A program made the position numbers and the translations under genes. The notes below the pieces were generated by a model, which was given only the letters and a program-made list of their open reading frames with translations, was not told where the DNA came from and ran no database searches. This document shows positions 1 through 8,536 of a stretch of DNA of 64,000 bases, piece after piece. Source of the DNA: a virus; IMG/VR virus record IMGVR_UViG_3300009093_000036, positions 131,356 to 195,355 of that record, one strand, 5' to 3'. Every line of letters starts with the position of its first letter. Position 1 is the stretch's first letter.

Positions 1-283
1 GAGTACTCGCCTCCTGACCCGAGTACATCGGATTGTCCTGGACGGCCTTGGCCATCAGCATCGAGACGCCCTCGATGAAGAGCGTGGTGGTCCCACAGTC
101 TCCGATCGAGGCGTGCCCGTAGCCGACGTAGTAGTCGTCCATGAACTTGCCGGAACCCTTGGCCTCCACCTTCGGGAGATGGTCCTCGACACTCGCAGGG
201 CTGCGTGAGTACAGCGCCTGAAGCATCGCGTTGTCCTCCGGATGGAGGTTGTCCTTGATGATGATCTTGCGGGTCATGTTCAT
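1..283 (-). CDS. thyX: ThyX/Thy1-like flavin-dependent thymidylate synthase (5' part; runs off window start)
   Basis: Not in ORF track; manual translation MNMTRKIIIKDNLHPEDNAMLQALYSRS...DYYVGYGHASIGDCG...EGVSMLMAKAVQDNPMYSGQEAST; GYGHxSI and QExST motifs are ThyX-like; near dcd. Confidence 0.7.
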   Translation of the reverse strand, partial: MNMTRKIIIKDNLHPEDNAMLQALYSRSPASVEDHLPKVEAKGSGKFMDDYYVGYGHASIGDCGTTTLFIEGVSMLMAKAVQDNPMYSGQEAST

Positions 284-307
284 GTTCCTAGTGAGTGACC
301 GCGAGGG

Positions 308-1039
308 TCAGGTGGGGATGCCATCCATGTCACGGATGGCCTTCACCCACTCCGGATCGGTGATGACGATGTCGAAGACGACCCTGTACGGGTCGTCGCT
401 GCTCTCGACTGGACGCACATCGTAGCCGGGCAGCACCTTCGCCCGCGGGAGCAGCAGCAAGAACTCCTCGATCGTCCGCCGCACCTGCTCGCGCTGCTCG
501 GGAGTGTTGGTGAGCGAACGGAAGCGCTTGTTCAGGCTGCGCTGAAGGAAGGTCCCCATGCGTGCCAAGTTCTGGGTCTTCGCAGAGCTCCTCTTCTCTC
601 CGAGCACCTTCCGCTCCGCTTCCGCGAAGCACTGCTCGAAGAAGTCCCACTGCCCGAGCTCCGGCCACGACGTGATGCGCGTCACCGATTCGAGAGCGGC
701 ATGGAACAGCGAGATGACCTTCTTCAGGTCCGTCGGCTTGATGTCGTTGCGCCCACTGAGGTAGGTGAGCTTCTCGTAGAGCGTGGCGGCCAGCTTCTTC
801 GCGACCTCACGCTCCTCGACAACAGCAAGAGCGTCGTCGTTCGAGATCTTCAGCCGCTTCTTCAGCGCCTCGACATCACCTTCGCTCTTGGCGAGGTCCT
901 TCTCCAGACGGCGATTCTGCGTCACGAGGTTCTGGTTGTCGCGGAGGACTTGGTTGAACGCCGCCTCCTTCCTCGCCAGCAGCTCGCGCAGCTCGTCCGT
1001 GGTCATCGTCTCGATGTTGTCAGCCTCAAGTCTGCTCAC
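308..1039 (-). CDS. hypothetical protein with N-terminal coiled coil
   Basis: 243-aa ORF with high-GC3 codons, overlaps dcd stop; heptad-like E/K/L-rich N-terminus. Confidence 0.7.
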   Translation of the reverse strand: MSRLEADNIETMTTDELRELLARKEAAFNQVLRDNQNLVTQNRRLEKDLAKSEGDVEALKKRLKISNDDALAVVEEREVAKKLAATLYEKLTYLSGRNDIKPTDLKKVISLFHAALESVTRITSWPELGQWDFFEQCFAEAERKVLGEKRSSAKTQNLARMGTFLQRSLNKRFRSLTNTPEQREQVRRTIEEFLLLLPRAKVLPGYDVRPVESSDDPYRVVFDIVITDPEWVKAIRDMDGIPT

Positions 1040-1614
1040 TTCTCGCTCCGATCGTTGTGGGCCATGGATGCCGTAGGACCAACCTGGCCCTGGTACTTCG
1101 AGTTGGGCTTCACGCCGTAGGGCTTCTCAGCCGCATGATCGAGCAGCTCGAAGCTGAGCTGTCCGATGCGCCATCCGATCGGAATCTCCAGGGTGTGAGG
1201 CCCGACGTTCGCGAGCTCCAGCGTGATGGTTCCGCTGAACCCCGGGTCGATGTAGCCCGCGCTGTGGATGATGAGACCCAACCGGGCCAACGAGCTTCGT
1301 CCATGGAGCGTACCGAGGAGATCTGGTGGCAACGTCACTTTCTCGACGGTCGAGGCCAGCCAAAACTCGTTCGGCTTGATGCGGAAGTAGTCGCCCTCCT
1401 CGACCACGACGTCCTTCATTCCTGTCGCCGCATCCCATGTGCTGAGGTTGACGACGTACGAGTGGGCGGAGAGCTCGCGGCTGAACCGCTTGAAGTGCCC
1501 GCTGAGACGAAGGTCCAGGCTCGCCGGCTGGATCTGCTCGTCGCTCGGAGCCGGGTCGCACTTCAGCCAACCGGAGTCCAGCGCTTTTCGGATGGAAGAG
1601 TCACACAAGATCAT
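1036..1614 (-). CDS. dcd: dCTP deaminase
   Basis: QIQPASLDLRL, GRSSLARLGL, AGYIDPGFSGTITLEL, IGQLSF, YxGQ motifs. Confidence 0.95.
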   Translation of the reverse strand: MILCDSSIRKALDSGWLKCDPAPSDEQIQPASLDLRLSGHFKRFSRELSAHSYVVNLSTWDAATGMKDVVVEEGDYFRIKPNEFWLASTVEKVTLPPDLLGTLHGRSSLARLGLIIHSAGYIDPGFSGTITLELANVGPHTLEIPIGWRIGQLSFELLDHAAEKPYGVKPNSKYQGQVGPTASMAHNDRSEK

Positions 1615-1622
1615 GTTGATTC

Positions 1623-2105
1623 CTACGCGTCGGAGATGGTCGGTCCGTAGACCTCGACCGGGATGAGGGAGGGGAGAAAGCTCGTAGCTGGGTGCGCAAC
1701 CCCGAGGTCGCGGAAGAGGAGGTGCTCTCCCGTCTTCGGTGCGATGTAGACTCGCATGCCCCCGTACTTCTGGTCCATGTAGAGGACGACCGACCTCTCC
1801 GGAGGGGCATCGTTCAGTGCGATGTCGAGCTCACAGAGGATGCCGGCGACGGTACCCTCCGACAACTTGACCCCAGCTCGAACCGCCACGGCGAACCTTC
1901 GCAGGTCGTCGAGCGAGTCGATCGGATTCGCGGCGTTGATGATGCCGCAGCTCGACCGCGGCTCCTCCGAGCTGTCCTCGGTCGCCGTCATCTTCTTCGT
2001 GCCGACCACGAACCCCGTACCGAGCATCTTGACCTGCTCTCGGTAGTTCTTGTCTGCACCTTGCATGAGCTGCTGAAGCAGCTCTTCGACTGTGAACTTG
2101 GCCAT
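1623..2105 (-). CDS. hypothetical protein
   Basis: Start MAKFTVEELL chosen within the 218-aa track ORF; phage-like codon usage. Confidence 0.6.
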   Translation of the reverse strand: MAKFTVEELLQQLMQGADKNYREQVKMLGTGFVVGTKKMTATEDSSEEPRSSCGIINAANPIDSLDDLRRFAVAVRAGVKLSEGTVAGILCELDIALNDAPPERSVVLYMDQKYGGMRVYIAPKTGEHLLFRDLGVAHPATSFLPSLIPVEVYGPTISDA

Positions 2106-2160
2106 GTGTACATCCTGGCAAAGAGAAGGGAGAGGCGCGTGGCCCCTCCCTTCTTCTACC

Positions 2161-2760
2161 TCAGCCGATCGCGAGCAGCAGGAGCGACCGATGGTCACCC
2201 TGACGACCGCGCCGGTTCTTCTGCTTCCTCTGGTTCTGCTGCTGTTGCTCGTGCTGACGCTGCTGCTCCTGACGTCCACGATGGACTTCCGCCGACAGCT
2301 TGTTGGCGAAGGGGCGCTGCGTCAGTGGCTTCTTGCTCGGGGGAGGCAGGGCGGCCTGCTTCTTCGCGTACTCGTCGAGATGCACCAGCAGCTCTTCGAG
2401 CACCTTGCCGTGGTTGAACAGGTCGGCCGGAAGTGCGGTCTCGACGATGTTGTTGGGGAGGATGTCCATGTCGTCGACGACCTCGACATCTCCTGCTTCG
2501 GTCTGCATCCGCTTCGCGATGCGAACCGTGAGGAACATGAGGAGGCGGAACCCCTTGTCCGGATGCTCCAGGACCATGACCCGCAGACGGGTGCGTCGGT
2601 CCTTCGTCCCTTCCGCGTCAGGCTCGATGACCTTGGCGGTCCAGCCCATCGGCAGATGCTGCATCACCTCGATCGCGCTGCGATTGAGCCGGTTCTCCTG
2701 ACGCGGTCGCTGCTGCTGGTGATGGGGACGTTGGTTGTTGGGGTTCGTGTTCGTGTTCAT
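2161..2760 (-). CDS. hypothetical protein with N/Q/R-rich low-complexity termini
   Basis: Start MNTNTNPNN preceded by GGAGG and a CTATCAG motif. Confidence 0.7.
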   Translation of the reverse strand: MNTNTNPNNQRPHHQQQRPRQENRLNRSAIEVMQHLPMGWTAKVIEPDAEGTKDRRTRLRVMVLEHPDKGFRLLMFLTVRIAKRMQTEAGDVEVVDDMDILPNNIVETALPADLFNHGKVLEELLVHLDEYAKKQAALPPPSKKPLTQRPFANKLSAEVHRGRQEQQRQHEQQQQNQRKQKNRRGRQGDHRSLLLLAIG

Positions 2761-2770
2761 GAAAGACCTC

Positions 2771-2786
2771 CTCATCTCTCTGATAG
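2771..2786 (-). promoter_or_regulatory. CTATNAG-class putative phage promoter (CTATCAGAGAGATGAG)
   Basis: Matches the motif repeated upstream of several non-structural genes; 26 nt before ATG 2760. Confidence 0.55.
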
Positions 2787-2803
2787 GCGATTCATGAAGC
2801 GAA

Positions 2804-3289
2804 CTACGCGAGGAACGTACCTCGCACACCCCAGAAATCTTCGAGAGCTCGGACGTGCGAAGCAAGCAACTCGGAGATGAAGAGCGTGGGCATCGGTCCT
2901 GCACCACGAGCTCCACGCATCCTGCGCTGCAACTCCGCCGCGCTGTACTCCTTGTCGGGCTTGATGTGCTTGCGCCAGGGTCCCGTGATGGTGGAAGCAA
3001 GTCGTGTCGAGAAGAGCTGCGTCGTCTTGAAGGTTCCACGGTCTTCGTCGATCGCAGCAGCGTTCGCTGGAGGAGCGAGTTGGCTATCCGCCAGCAACAC
3101 CATGATGTTCGCCAAGCAGTGCTTCTGTCGAACCTCCTCGCTCAGACCAGAGAGCCCGCTGACGAGCTTCGCGTTACGACGCACCTCTTCGTCTGTCGTG
3201 ATCGTGGTGAGGAAGTTGCGCAGGTCTTTCTGTCGGACGTCGTCGTCTTGGAGCTTCATCACAAGAAGCCCGAGCTCGTCCGGGCTCAT
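2804..3289 (-). CDS. hypothetical protein
   Basis: Start MSPDELGLL overlaps the upstream stop; coding-like codon usage. Confidence 0.6.
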   Translation of the reverse strand: MSPDELGLLVMKLQDDDVRQKDLRNFLTTITTDEEVRRNAKLVSGLSGLSEEVRQKHCLANIMVLLADSQLAPPANAAAIDEDRGTFKTTQLFSTRLASTITGPWRKHIKPDKEYSAAELQRRMRGARGAGPMPTLFISELLASHVRALEDFWGVRGTFLA

Positions 3290-3576
3290 GCTGCCCTGAG
3301 CTGCGACATCAGCACGAGGTCCCGAACCTGAACCTCCAGAACATCCTTCAGCTCCAGCGTGAAGGCGATGTCGGCGAGCTTGTGGCGCCGACCGTACTCC
3401 GCCCACGCGATGGTGACGGCGGACTTGTTCTTGAGGTCTTCCATCAGGTGCAGCAGCTCGACGTCGCGGAGCTGCGCGAGGATGGTGTTCAGGTTGAAGA
3501 GGGTGGTCGGTCGATAGAGCCAGGTGAAGAAACGGTAGAGCCGAGCGCGGTCCGGCACGTTGTTGTTCATGTTCAC
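3286..3576 (-). CDS. hypothetical protein
   Basis: Small ORF coupled at both ends (GTGA/ATGA overlaps). Confidence 0.55.
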   Translation of the reverse strand: MNMNNNVPDRARLYRFFTWLYRPTTLFNLNTILAQLRDVELLHLMEDLKNKSAVTIAWAEYGRRHKLADIAFTLELKDVLEVQVRDLVLMSQLRAA

Positions 3577-3944
3577 ACGTTCGCGTTGAAGTCCCATTGG
3601 TCGAGCTCGGTCCAGCCTACTTCGCCGAGCTCATCGTTCGTGACCGTCGGATAGACGGCGTCCTTAGCCTGCGTGCGCAGGACGTCATCGACATCCGAGC
3701 GCGTGATAGGCCGATCGAGCTGAAGGGTGAATGTCTGCGTCGGAGGCCACCCCAGACCGATGTCGATCCTCGAAGGCGCCTTGCCGCCGCGTTCCATCCA
3801 CCTGATGAGGAGGAAGAAGCGGCGCACGCCGTTGGAGGAGTCGATGCTCTTCTGGAGGGCAACGAGGCCGTCCCTGTCGGTGCGGCGCCCGAAGGCATAG
3901 TCGAGAAGAGCTTCGTACTGATCGCGGTTGATCGAGATGGCCAT
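3573..3944 (-). CDS. hypothetical protein
   Basis: 123-aa ORF; TAGACT lies 6 nt upstream of ATG. Confidence 0.7.
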   Translation of the reverse strand: MAISINRDQYEALLDYAFGRRTDRDGLVALQKSIDSSNGVRRFFLLIRWMERGGKAPSRIDIGLGWPPTQTFTLQLDRPITRSDVDDVLRTQAKDAVYPTVTNDELGEVGWTELDQWDFNANV

Positions 3945-3953
3945 GCGCGGAGT

Positions 3954-4304
3954 CTACTCCGTTCCCTCGTCCCTTTCATTCTCGGTGCTGGGCGTCGATT
4001 CCGCGGCGAACGCTTCGTAGCCCTTCAGCAGAGCATCGGCGTACGTCATCTTCCGCAGCGAGGGGTTCAGCCCCTTCAGGTAGACGTGCTCCTCCAAGCA
4101 GTCACCGCAGACGATGGGGCCACGAATCATGCGCTCCTCGCGCTCGGGGTTCCCGCCCTCGTTGTCCCACCACGCCTTCAGGTCGGTCTGCTTCACGACG
4201 ACGCCCTTGAGGTTGATCGTCCCGCCCTTCTTCGAGAGCGGCAGCGCGAGGCTGGCCTGGACGTGGCAGAGGAGGTTTTCAGACTTGCATCCTTGGCAGC
4301 GCAT
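3954..4304 (-). CDS. putative zinc-ribbon protein
   Basis: CQGC...CGDC pairs; AAGGA SD before MRCQGC. Confidence 0.65.
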   Translation of the reverse strand: MRCQGCKSENLLCHVQASLALPLSKKGGTINLKGVVVKQTDLKAWWDNEGGNPEREERMIRGPIVCGDCLEEHVYLKGLNPSLRKMTYADALLKGYEAFAAESTPSTENERDEGTE

Positions 4305-4339
4305 ATCGATTCCTTCGGAAATACAGAGAGGTTTGGTCA

Positions 4340-4355
4340 CTATAAGGAAGATGAA
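4340..4355 (+). promoter_or_regulatory. CTATNAG-class putative promoter (CTATAAGGAAGATGAA)
   Basis: Near-identical to copies at 35387, 37388 and 61662. Confidence 0.6.
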
Positions 4356-4363
4356 AGGACAAC

Positions 4364-5092
4364 TTGATGTTCACGAAACTCAAGGAAGAGAACCGAATCA
4401 AGCCGGTGAAGAGAATGCCGGCGGAGCACGAGCTCCGGGTGCAGCTCATCAACCCGGCAGGCATGACCCCCGACGACGAGGCCTTCCTCAGCCTGCTCGC
4501 CGAGCACCCGCCGAGGACGAACATGAAGGTGGGGGATCTCGCTCGACTGCTGGAGGTGCCGAGGCATCTCGCAGGTCAGGGCCCGTACCCGAACATCTGG
4601 GAGGTGCGGCTGGTCATCAGTCGGTACCAGTTCGAGCTGCATCGGATCGTGCATCAGACCGGAGGCATGTTCGACTTCGCGGTCGCACAGATCGAAGCGA
4701 GTCGTCGACTTCCGCCGTACAGGTACCACGACCCCGTGTTCTACGCGCACGCCTTCCCGCACGGCCAGTGGCCGTCGAGCGCGGAGTGGTTCCCAGGCTG
4801 GTGCCTGAAGAAGCTGGTGCTGCGAGCTCCGACCCAGGACTGGGAGCCCATCCTCGACGAGTTCAGTACGCCGTACATGGGGTACGACCCTCGCGACTTC
4901 GGCGCCGGCGTCGTCTTCGACCTCGCCCCCGACATCTACGCCGACCAGAGGCAGAAGGCACGCCCCCTCGGCTTCGAGGAAGACAGCTTCCACCGAGCCT
5001 GTCTCCTCGGCCTCGAAGAGACGTGCATGGTGCCCTCCGTCGACGGCGACATCGACGTCACGGCGTCGGACATCATGGACATCTGGGGCTGA
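4364..5092 (+). CDS. hypothetical protein
   Basis: 242-aa ORF, AAAGGA SD, high GC3. Confidence 0.7.
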   Translation: MMFTKLKEENRIKPVKRMPAEHELRVQLINPAGMTPDDEAFLSLLAEHPPRTNMKVGDLARLLEVPRHLAGQGPYPNIWEVRLVISRYQFELHRIVHQTGGMFDFAVAQIEASRRLPPYRYHDPVFYAHAFPHGQWPSSAEWFPGWCLKKLVLRAPTQDWEPILDEFSTPYMGYDPRDFGAGVVFDLAPDIYADQRQKARPLGFEEDSFHRACLLGLEETCMVPSVDGDIDVTASDIMDIWG

Positions 5093-5111
5093 CATAAGAC
5101 AAGGAGTTCTG

Positions 5112-5369
5112 ATGGATCTCGTCAACAAGTTCTTCCGGCACTACAAGGGCGGCCTCTATTTCGTGATCGCTGTGGCCACGGACTCAGACAGAAAGAAAGA
5201 CGGAGATGACCTCGTCATCTATCGCGGAACCGACGGCCGAGTCTGGTATCGCCCTCTCACCGAGTTCACCGAGACCGTGTCTTATGGTCGGAACATCCAG
5301 AGCATCGGAGGACAGGACTTCGACCTCGGAGAGATGAAGGGCCCTCGCTTCACTCCCGAGCTCACTTGA
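5112..5369 (+). CDS. DUF1653-family protein
   Basis: FRHYKGGLYFV...LVIYRG...VWYRPLTEF signature; AAGGAG SD. Confidence 0.8.
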   Translation: MDLVNKFFRHYKGGLYFVIAVATDSDRKKDGDDLVIYRGTDGRVWYRPLTEFTETVSYGRNIQSIGGQDFDLGEMKGPRFTPELT

Positions 5370-5958
5370 TGTAGCTGTCCGCCCACTCACCTGTGGTCTT
5401 CGTGTAGTAGTTGGAGACGATCTGAGCACCGGCGAATCGACGAGCCAACCGTCCCGTGACGATGGCATCGTCGAGCGCCGCGTGCTCGGTCTCGTACTCC
5501 AAGTTGTAGTGCTCGGCGAGCTCGGTAAGCTTTGCCCTTCCCTTGTGCCCCATCTTCCGCGCCTCCACCATCGTGCAGAGGGTGAAGATATTGCGCGGCC
5601 ACTGACGAGGGTCGACCTGCTGGGCGAGCATGCGCGAGTCGAAGCCGAAGTTGTGGGCGACGATGGGGTAGCCACGAAAGAGAAAGTTGTAGCACTCGCG
5701 AGCGACATCTCTCCAGCGCGGGGCGCTGGCGACCATGGAGTCGGTGATGTTGTGCACCTTCGTCGTCTCGGGAGGGATGGGCCGTCCGGGATTGATGATG
5801 TGGTGCATCGTGTCGACGACGCGGTTCCCCTCCATCAGCACTGCCCCGAACTCCACGATCTTGTCCTCCTTGCTGAAGCCCGTCGTCTCCAGGTCGTAGA
5901 TGATGATGGGGACGCTCATCCACGTCATGGAGGCGATCTTCGTGATGTCGATGTTCAT
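5362..5958 (-). CDS. DEDDh 3'-5' exonuclease (DnaQ/epsilon-like)
   Basis: YDLETTG, VAHNFGFD, HAALDDA motifs. Confidence 0.9.
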   Translation of the reverse strand: MNIDITKIASMTWMSVPIIIYDLETTGFSKEDKIVEFGAVLMEGNRVVDTMHHIINPGRPIPPETTKVHNITDSMVASAPRWRDVARECYNFLFRGYPIVAHNFGFDSRMLAQQVDPRQWPRNIFTLCTMVEARKMGHKGRAKLTELAEHYNLEYETEHAALDDAIVTGRLARRFAGAQIVSNYYTKTTGEWADSYIK

Positions 5959-6566
5959 TCGTTCTCCTTGGGTACCTCACCATGCAACGTCTTGTGCACG
6001 GCAGCGTCCGGGTTGATGAAGGCTGCGTGCATCGCCTTCACAGCGATCACGCAAAAGCCCTCTACCTCCTTCATAGGGAGGATGAGGCCCTCACCATCAC
6101 TCGTCGTGGGGAGGCGTGCGAGGAGATCACGAACTGCCTGCGCAGCAACGGCTTGCCGTGCAATGAAGTCGGGGGAGACGTCCTCGACAAGATCATGATG
6201 TTCTTCGGGGTTGCGAAGCACCGACGAGAACTGATCCTCCCACATCCGCAGGATGATCAGCATGAGCTGACCAGCGGGGAGGAACCCCTTCGCGACGAGG
6301 ACACCACGCCTCGCATACTCTTCGGCGAGATGCTTCGCCGCATCAGCAGCACGAGCGTGGAGCTCTGCGGTCTTGACTCCCTGCGGCTCTGGCATCGTGT
6401 GCTCGACGAGAGCCTGATCGAAGAGGACCTTCGCCACTACCTCCGCTACTTCGAGGATCATCCCGATCTCGCAGTGGTGCTGAAGGATCTTCTGGACCTT
6501 CGGGTTGAGGAGACCAGCTCCCTTGACCGTACCGAGCAGATGCTGGAGGGACATGGCGGCGAGCAT
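5955..6566 (-). CDS. hypothetical helical protein
   Basis: ORF coupled to the exonuclease; start uncertain (6566 or 6554; track extends to 6620). Confidence 0.6.
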   Translation of the reverse strand: MLAAMSLQHLLGTVKGAGLLNPKVQKILQHHCEIGMILEVAEVVAKVLFDQALVEHTMPEPQGVKTAELHARAADAAKHLAEEYARRGVLVAKGFLPAGQLMLIILRMWEDQFSSVLRNPEEHHDLVEDVSPDFIARQAVAAQAVRDLLARLPTTSDGEGLILPMKEVEGFCVIAVKAMHAAFINPDAAVHKTLHGEVPKENE

Positions 6567-6591
6567 ACGCTCGTCTGCTGTCGGTAGCAAG

Positions 6592-6847
6592 AAGGAGTGA
6601 AAGGAGTGATTTTCGACCAACTTCGAGGTCGATGGTCTTCAGCCTTTCCTCCTATGGCTGAATCGAGTAAAAGGAGTGATCTTTGACACGACCCACCAAC
6701 ACTAACCCTTTTGACACCACAATACCATTACCCCTCACTCTACCCTTACACTACTTACTCTCTTTACTACTTTAATACTCTTCTGAGAATCAGAGGAAGG
6801 TGTGGAGAAGGGGAGGTGGTGATCCAAAATCACTCTCTTTACTCTTT
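6592..6847. repeat. Divergent intergenic region with GAGT[G/A]A repeats, two TTTGACAC copies and a 71-nt G-free tract (candidate origin/control region)
   Basis: AAGGAGTGA at 6592, 6601, 6671; inverted TCACTC/TTACTC at 6735, 6755, 6830, 6839; no G from 6714 to 6784. Confidence 0.55.
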
Positions 6848-6851
6848 CCAG

Positions 6852-6867
6852 CTATGAGGTAGAAGAG
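6852..6867 (+). promoter_or_regulatory. CTATNAG-class putative promoter (CTATGAGGTAGAAGAG)
   Basis: Degenerate motif copy 24 nt before ATG 6876. Confidence 0.45.
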
Positions 6868-6875
6868 GAGACGCG

Positions 6876-7433
6876 ATGCCCCAAGACAAGCGAACCCACT
6901 TCACGGACAAGGAGAAGGATGAACTCCTCGACCCTCTCCGCATGGACATGGCGAACGGCATGACCGACGATCAAGCTGCGACGCTGACCGGCATACCTCT
7001 TCGTTCGGTGCAGCGCTGGAGGTTGCAGCATGGTCTGAAGAGACCGAGAGGCTTCGAGTCGAAGGAGCTCGCCGACATCTACGCGATCAGCACTCTCGGA
7101 GAAGCTCTCGGTGATGTCCGGCATCGTGTTCAACACAGTCCGGTCTCGGGGACATGGGAGCCTCCGATGTTCGTGGTGCGCGAGCACCTCGACTACTCGC
7201 TCTTCCTTCGGCTCATCGATGCAGCGCATCGTGTCCTCGGCCTCTCCCCCTCCGACATCAGCTCCGCCATGGGCGTCAGCCCTCGCAGCGTTGAGCAAGG
7301 TCTTGAGATCTACACCCGGCACCTCAACACCACCACGAAGAAGTGCCTGATGTGCGAGTCGTTGGTGGACCCGAATGTCAACTCGAACTTCTGCACCCAG
7401 CTCTGTGAGGAACTCTATGTCCGGTCTCGCTGA
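6876..7433 (+). CDS. HTH DNA-binding protein with C-terminal Cys4 finger
   Basis: MTDDQAATLTGIPLRSVQRWR HTH; second HTH-like SPSDISSAMGVSPRSVEQ; CLMC...CTQLC. Confidence 0.7.
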   Translation: MPQDKRTHFTDKEKDELLDPLRMDMANGMTDDQAATLTGIPLRSVQRWRLQHGLKRPRGFESKELADIYAISTLGEALGDVRHRVQHSPVSGTWEPPMFVVREHLDYSLFLRLIDAAHRVLGLSPSDISSAMGVSPRSVEQGLEIYTRHLNTTTKKCLMCESLVDPNVNSNFCTQLCEELYVRSR

Positions 7434-7992
7434 TACCCTCGAACATCAACTTCTGCTCCTCACCCGTCCGGTGCGTGCACTGAAGCGCTTCGGAGTGAAG
7501 GATGCATTGAAGGAACGCTTCGAGCACACCTGGCACCAGCGTCCGCTCTCCTCACACTGGGCGGCAACGATCGGTATGTGGGGAGGTGTCCACAGCCACA
7601 CCGAGATCATGCAGCGCTCGAACACGGACTATGTAGCCCTGAAGAACTTCAAGGCGCAGAACGCCCTCATCACGAGGGTCGGCAACATGGCTGCGCGCAA
7701 GCCACAGTGGACGCTCGCCGTCGACGTCTTCGTGAAGTGGCAGGCGGAGAAGGAGCGCAAGGTCCCGCTGGAGGAGAAGGTCTTTTCGATCTCCAGTCAC
7801 TTCGGCATCCTTCCGATCGAGGCACGCATCTACATCGACCACGTCACGGACATCTGCAAGGACGTCGGCTTCACGCCCGTCGAGCTCCTCGACAACTATG
7901 ACGTCATCGAGTTGGTGTGGGATCAGCACCTCGCGATGATCGACGCGGCTGTCGTTTCGTCGTACCGTCCAACAAGCCATGCCGACACCTAA
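7417..7992 (+). CDS. hypothetical protein
   Basis: Coding-like ORF overlapping both neighbours; start MSGLADT. Confidence 0.6.
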   Translation: MSGLADTLEHQLLLLTRPVRALKRFGVKDALKERFEHTWHQRPLSSHWAATIGMWGGVHSHTEIMQRSNTDYVALKNFKAQNALITRVGNMAARKPQWTLAVDVFVKWQAEKERKVPLEEKVFSISSHFGILPIEARIYIDHVTDICKDVGFTPVELLDNYDVIELVWDQHLAMIDAAVVSSYRPTSHADT

Positions 7993-8479
7993 GAAGCCGT
8001 ACGAGGACTTCCTCAAGGCGCATCTTCCGAAGCTGCCGGACTTCATCGAGACGAACAAGCCTCGGCTGACCCCGACGTTCGAGCTCGGCCCGCCGGTCAC
8101 AGCGATCCACGACAAGTCCCTGATCGAGGTGTACTTCCCCGACCTCCGCCCGCTCGTCGCAGATGTGTTCGGTCGCCCCGAGCACTACAGCGACGCCCAG
8201 AAGGCGATCGTGAGTGCGCTCGAACAGAAGAAGCCTCTCCCTCACGGGACGACGAAGCAGGACCTCGCCGACATCGTGTTCCGCTTCACGGAGAAGACGG
8301 AGCATCGGAAGAAGCGGGAAGCTCTCATCCAGACCGCCCAGAAGAAGATCGAGAAGGCGATCGCGGAAGAGGAAGACCCCACCATCAAGAAGATCTTGGA
8401 GCGTGACCTCCCGACGTTCGAGAAGCAGGACTTCCCGGCGATGATCGGGACGTCCGGCAAGGACATCAAGATCATCTAA
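7979..8479 (+). CDS. hypothetical charged protein
   Basis: 166-aa K/E-rich ORF with high GC3. Confidence 0.7.
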   Translation: MPTPKKPYEDFLKAHLPKLPDFIETNKPRLTPTFELGPPVTAIHDKSLIEVYFPDLRPLVADVFGRPEHYSDAQKAIVSALEQKKPLPHGTTKQDLADIVFRFTEKTEHRKKREALIQTAQKKIEKAIAEEEDPTIKKILERDLPTFEKQDFPAMIGTSGKDIKII

Positions 8480-8511
8480 AACAAAAGGCTCCGAGGTTCA
8501 TCCTCGGAGCC
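8478..8511 (-). terminator. intrinsic terminator
   Basis: GGCTCCGAGG-5nt-CCTCGGAGCC 10-bp stem followed by a T-run on the minus strand, between convergent genes. Confidence 0.8.
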
Positions 8512-8536
8512 CCCTGCCCCCGCGCCTCTTCCGGAA

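Noticed and set aside
6683-6716. Two perfect TTGACA -35 boxes
   Set aside because: No TANNNT at 16-18 nt spacing, so they were treated as part of the repeat array rather than sigma70 promoters.
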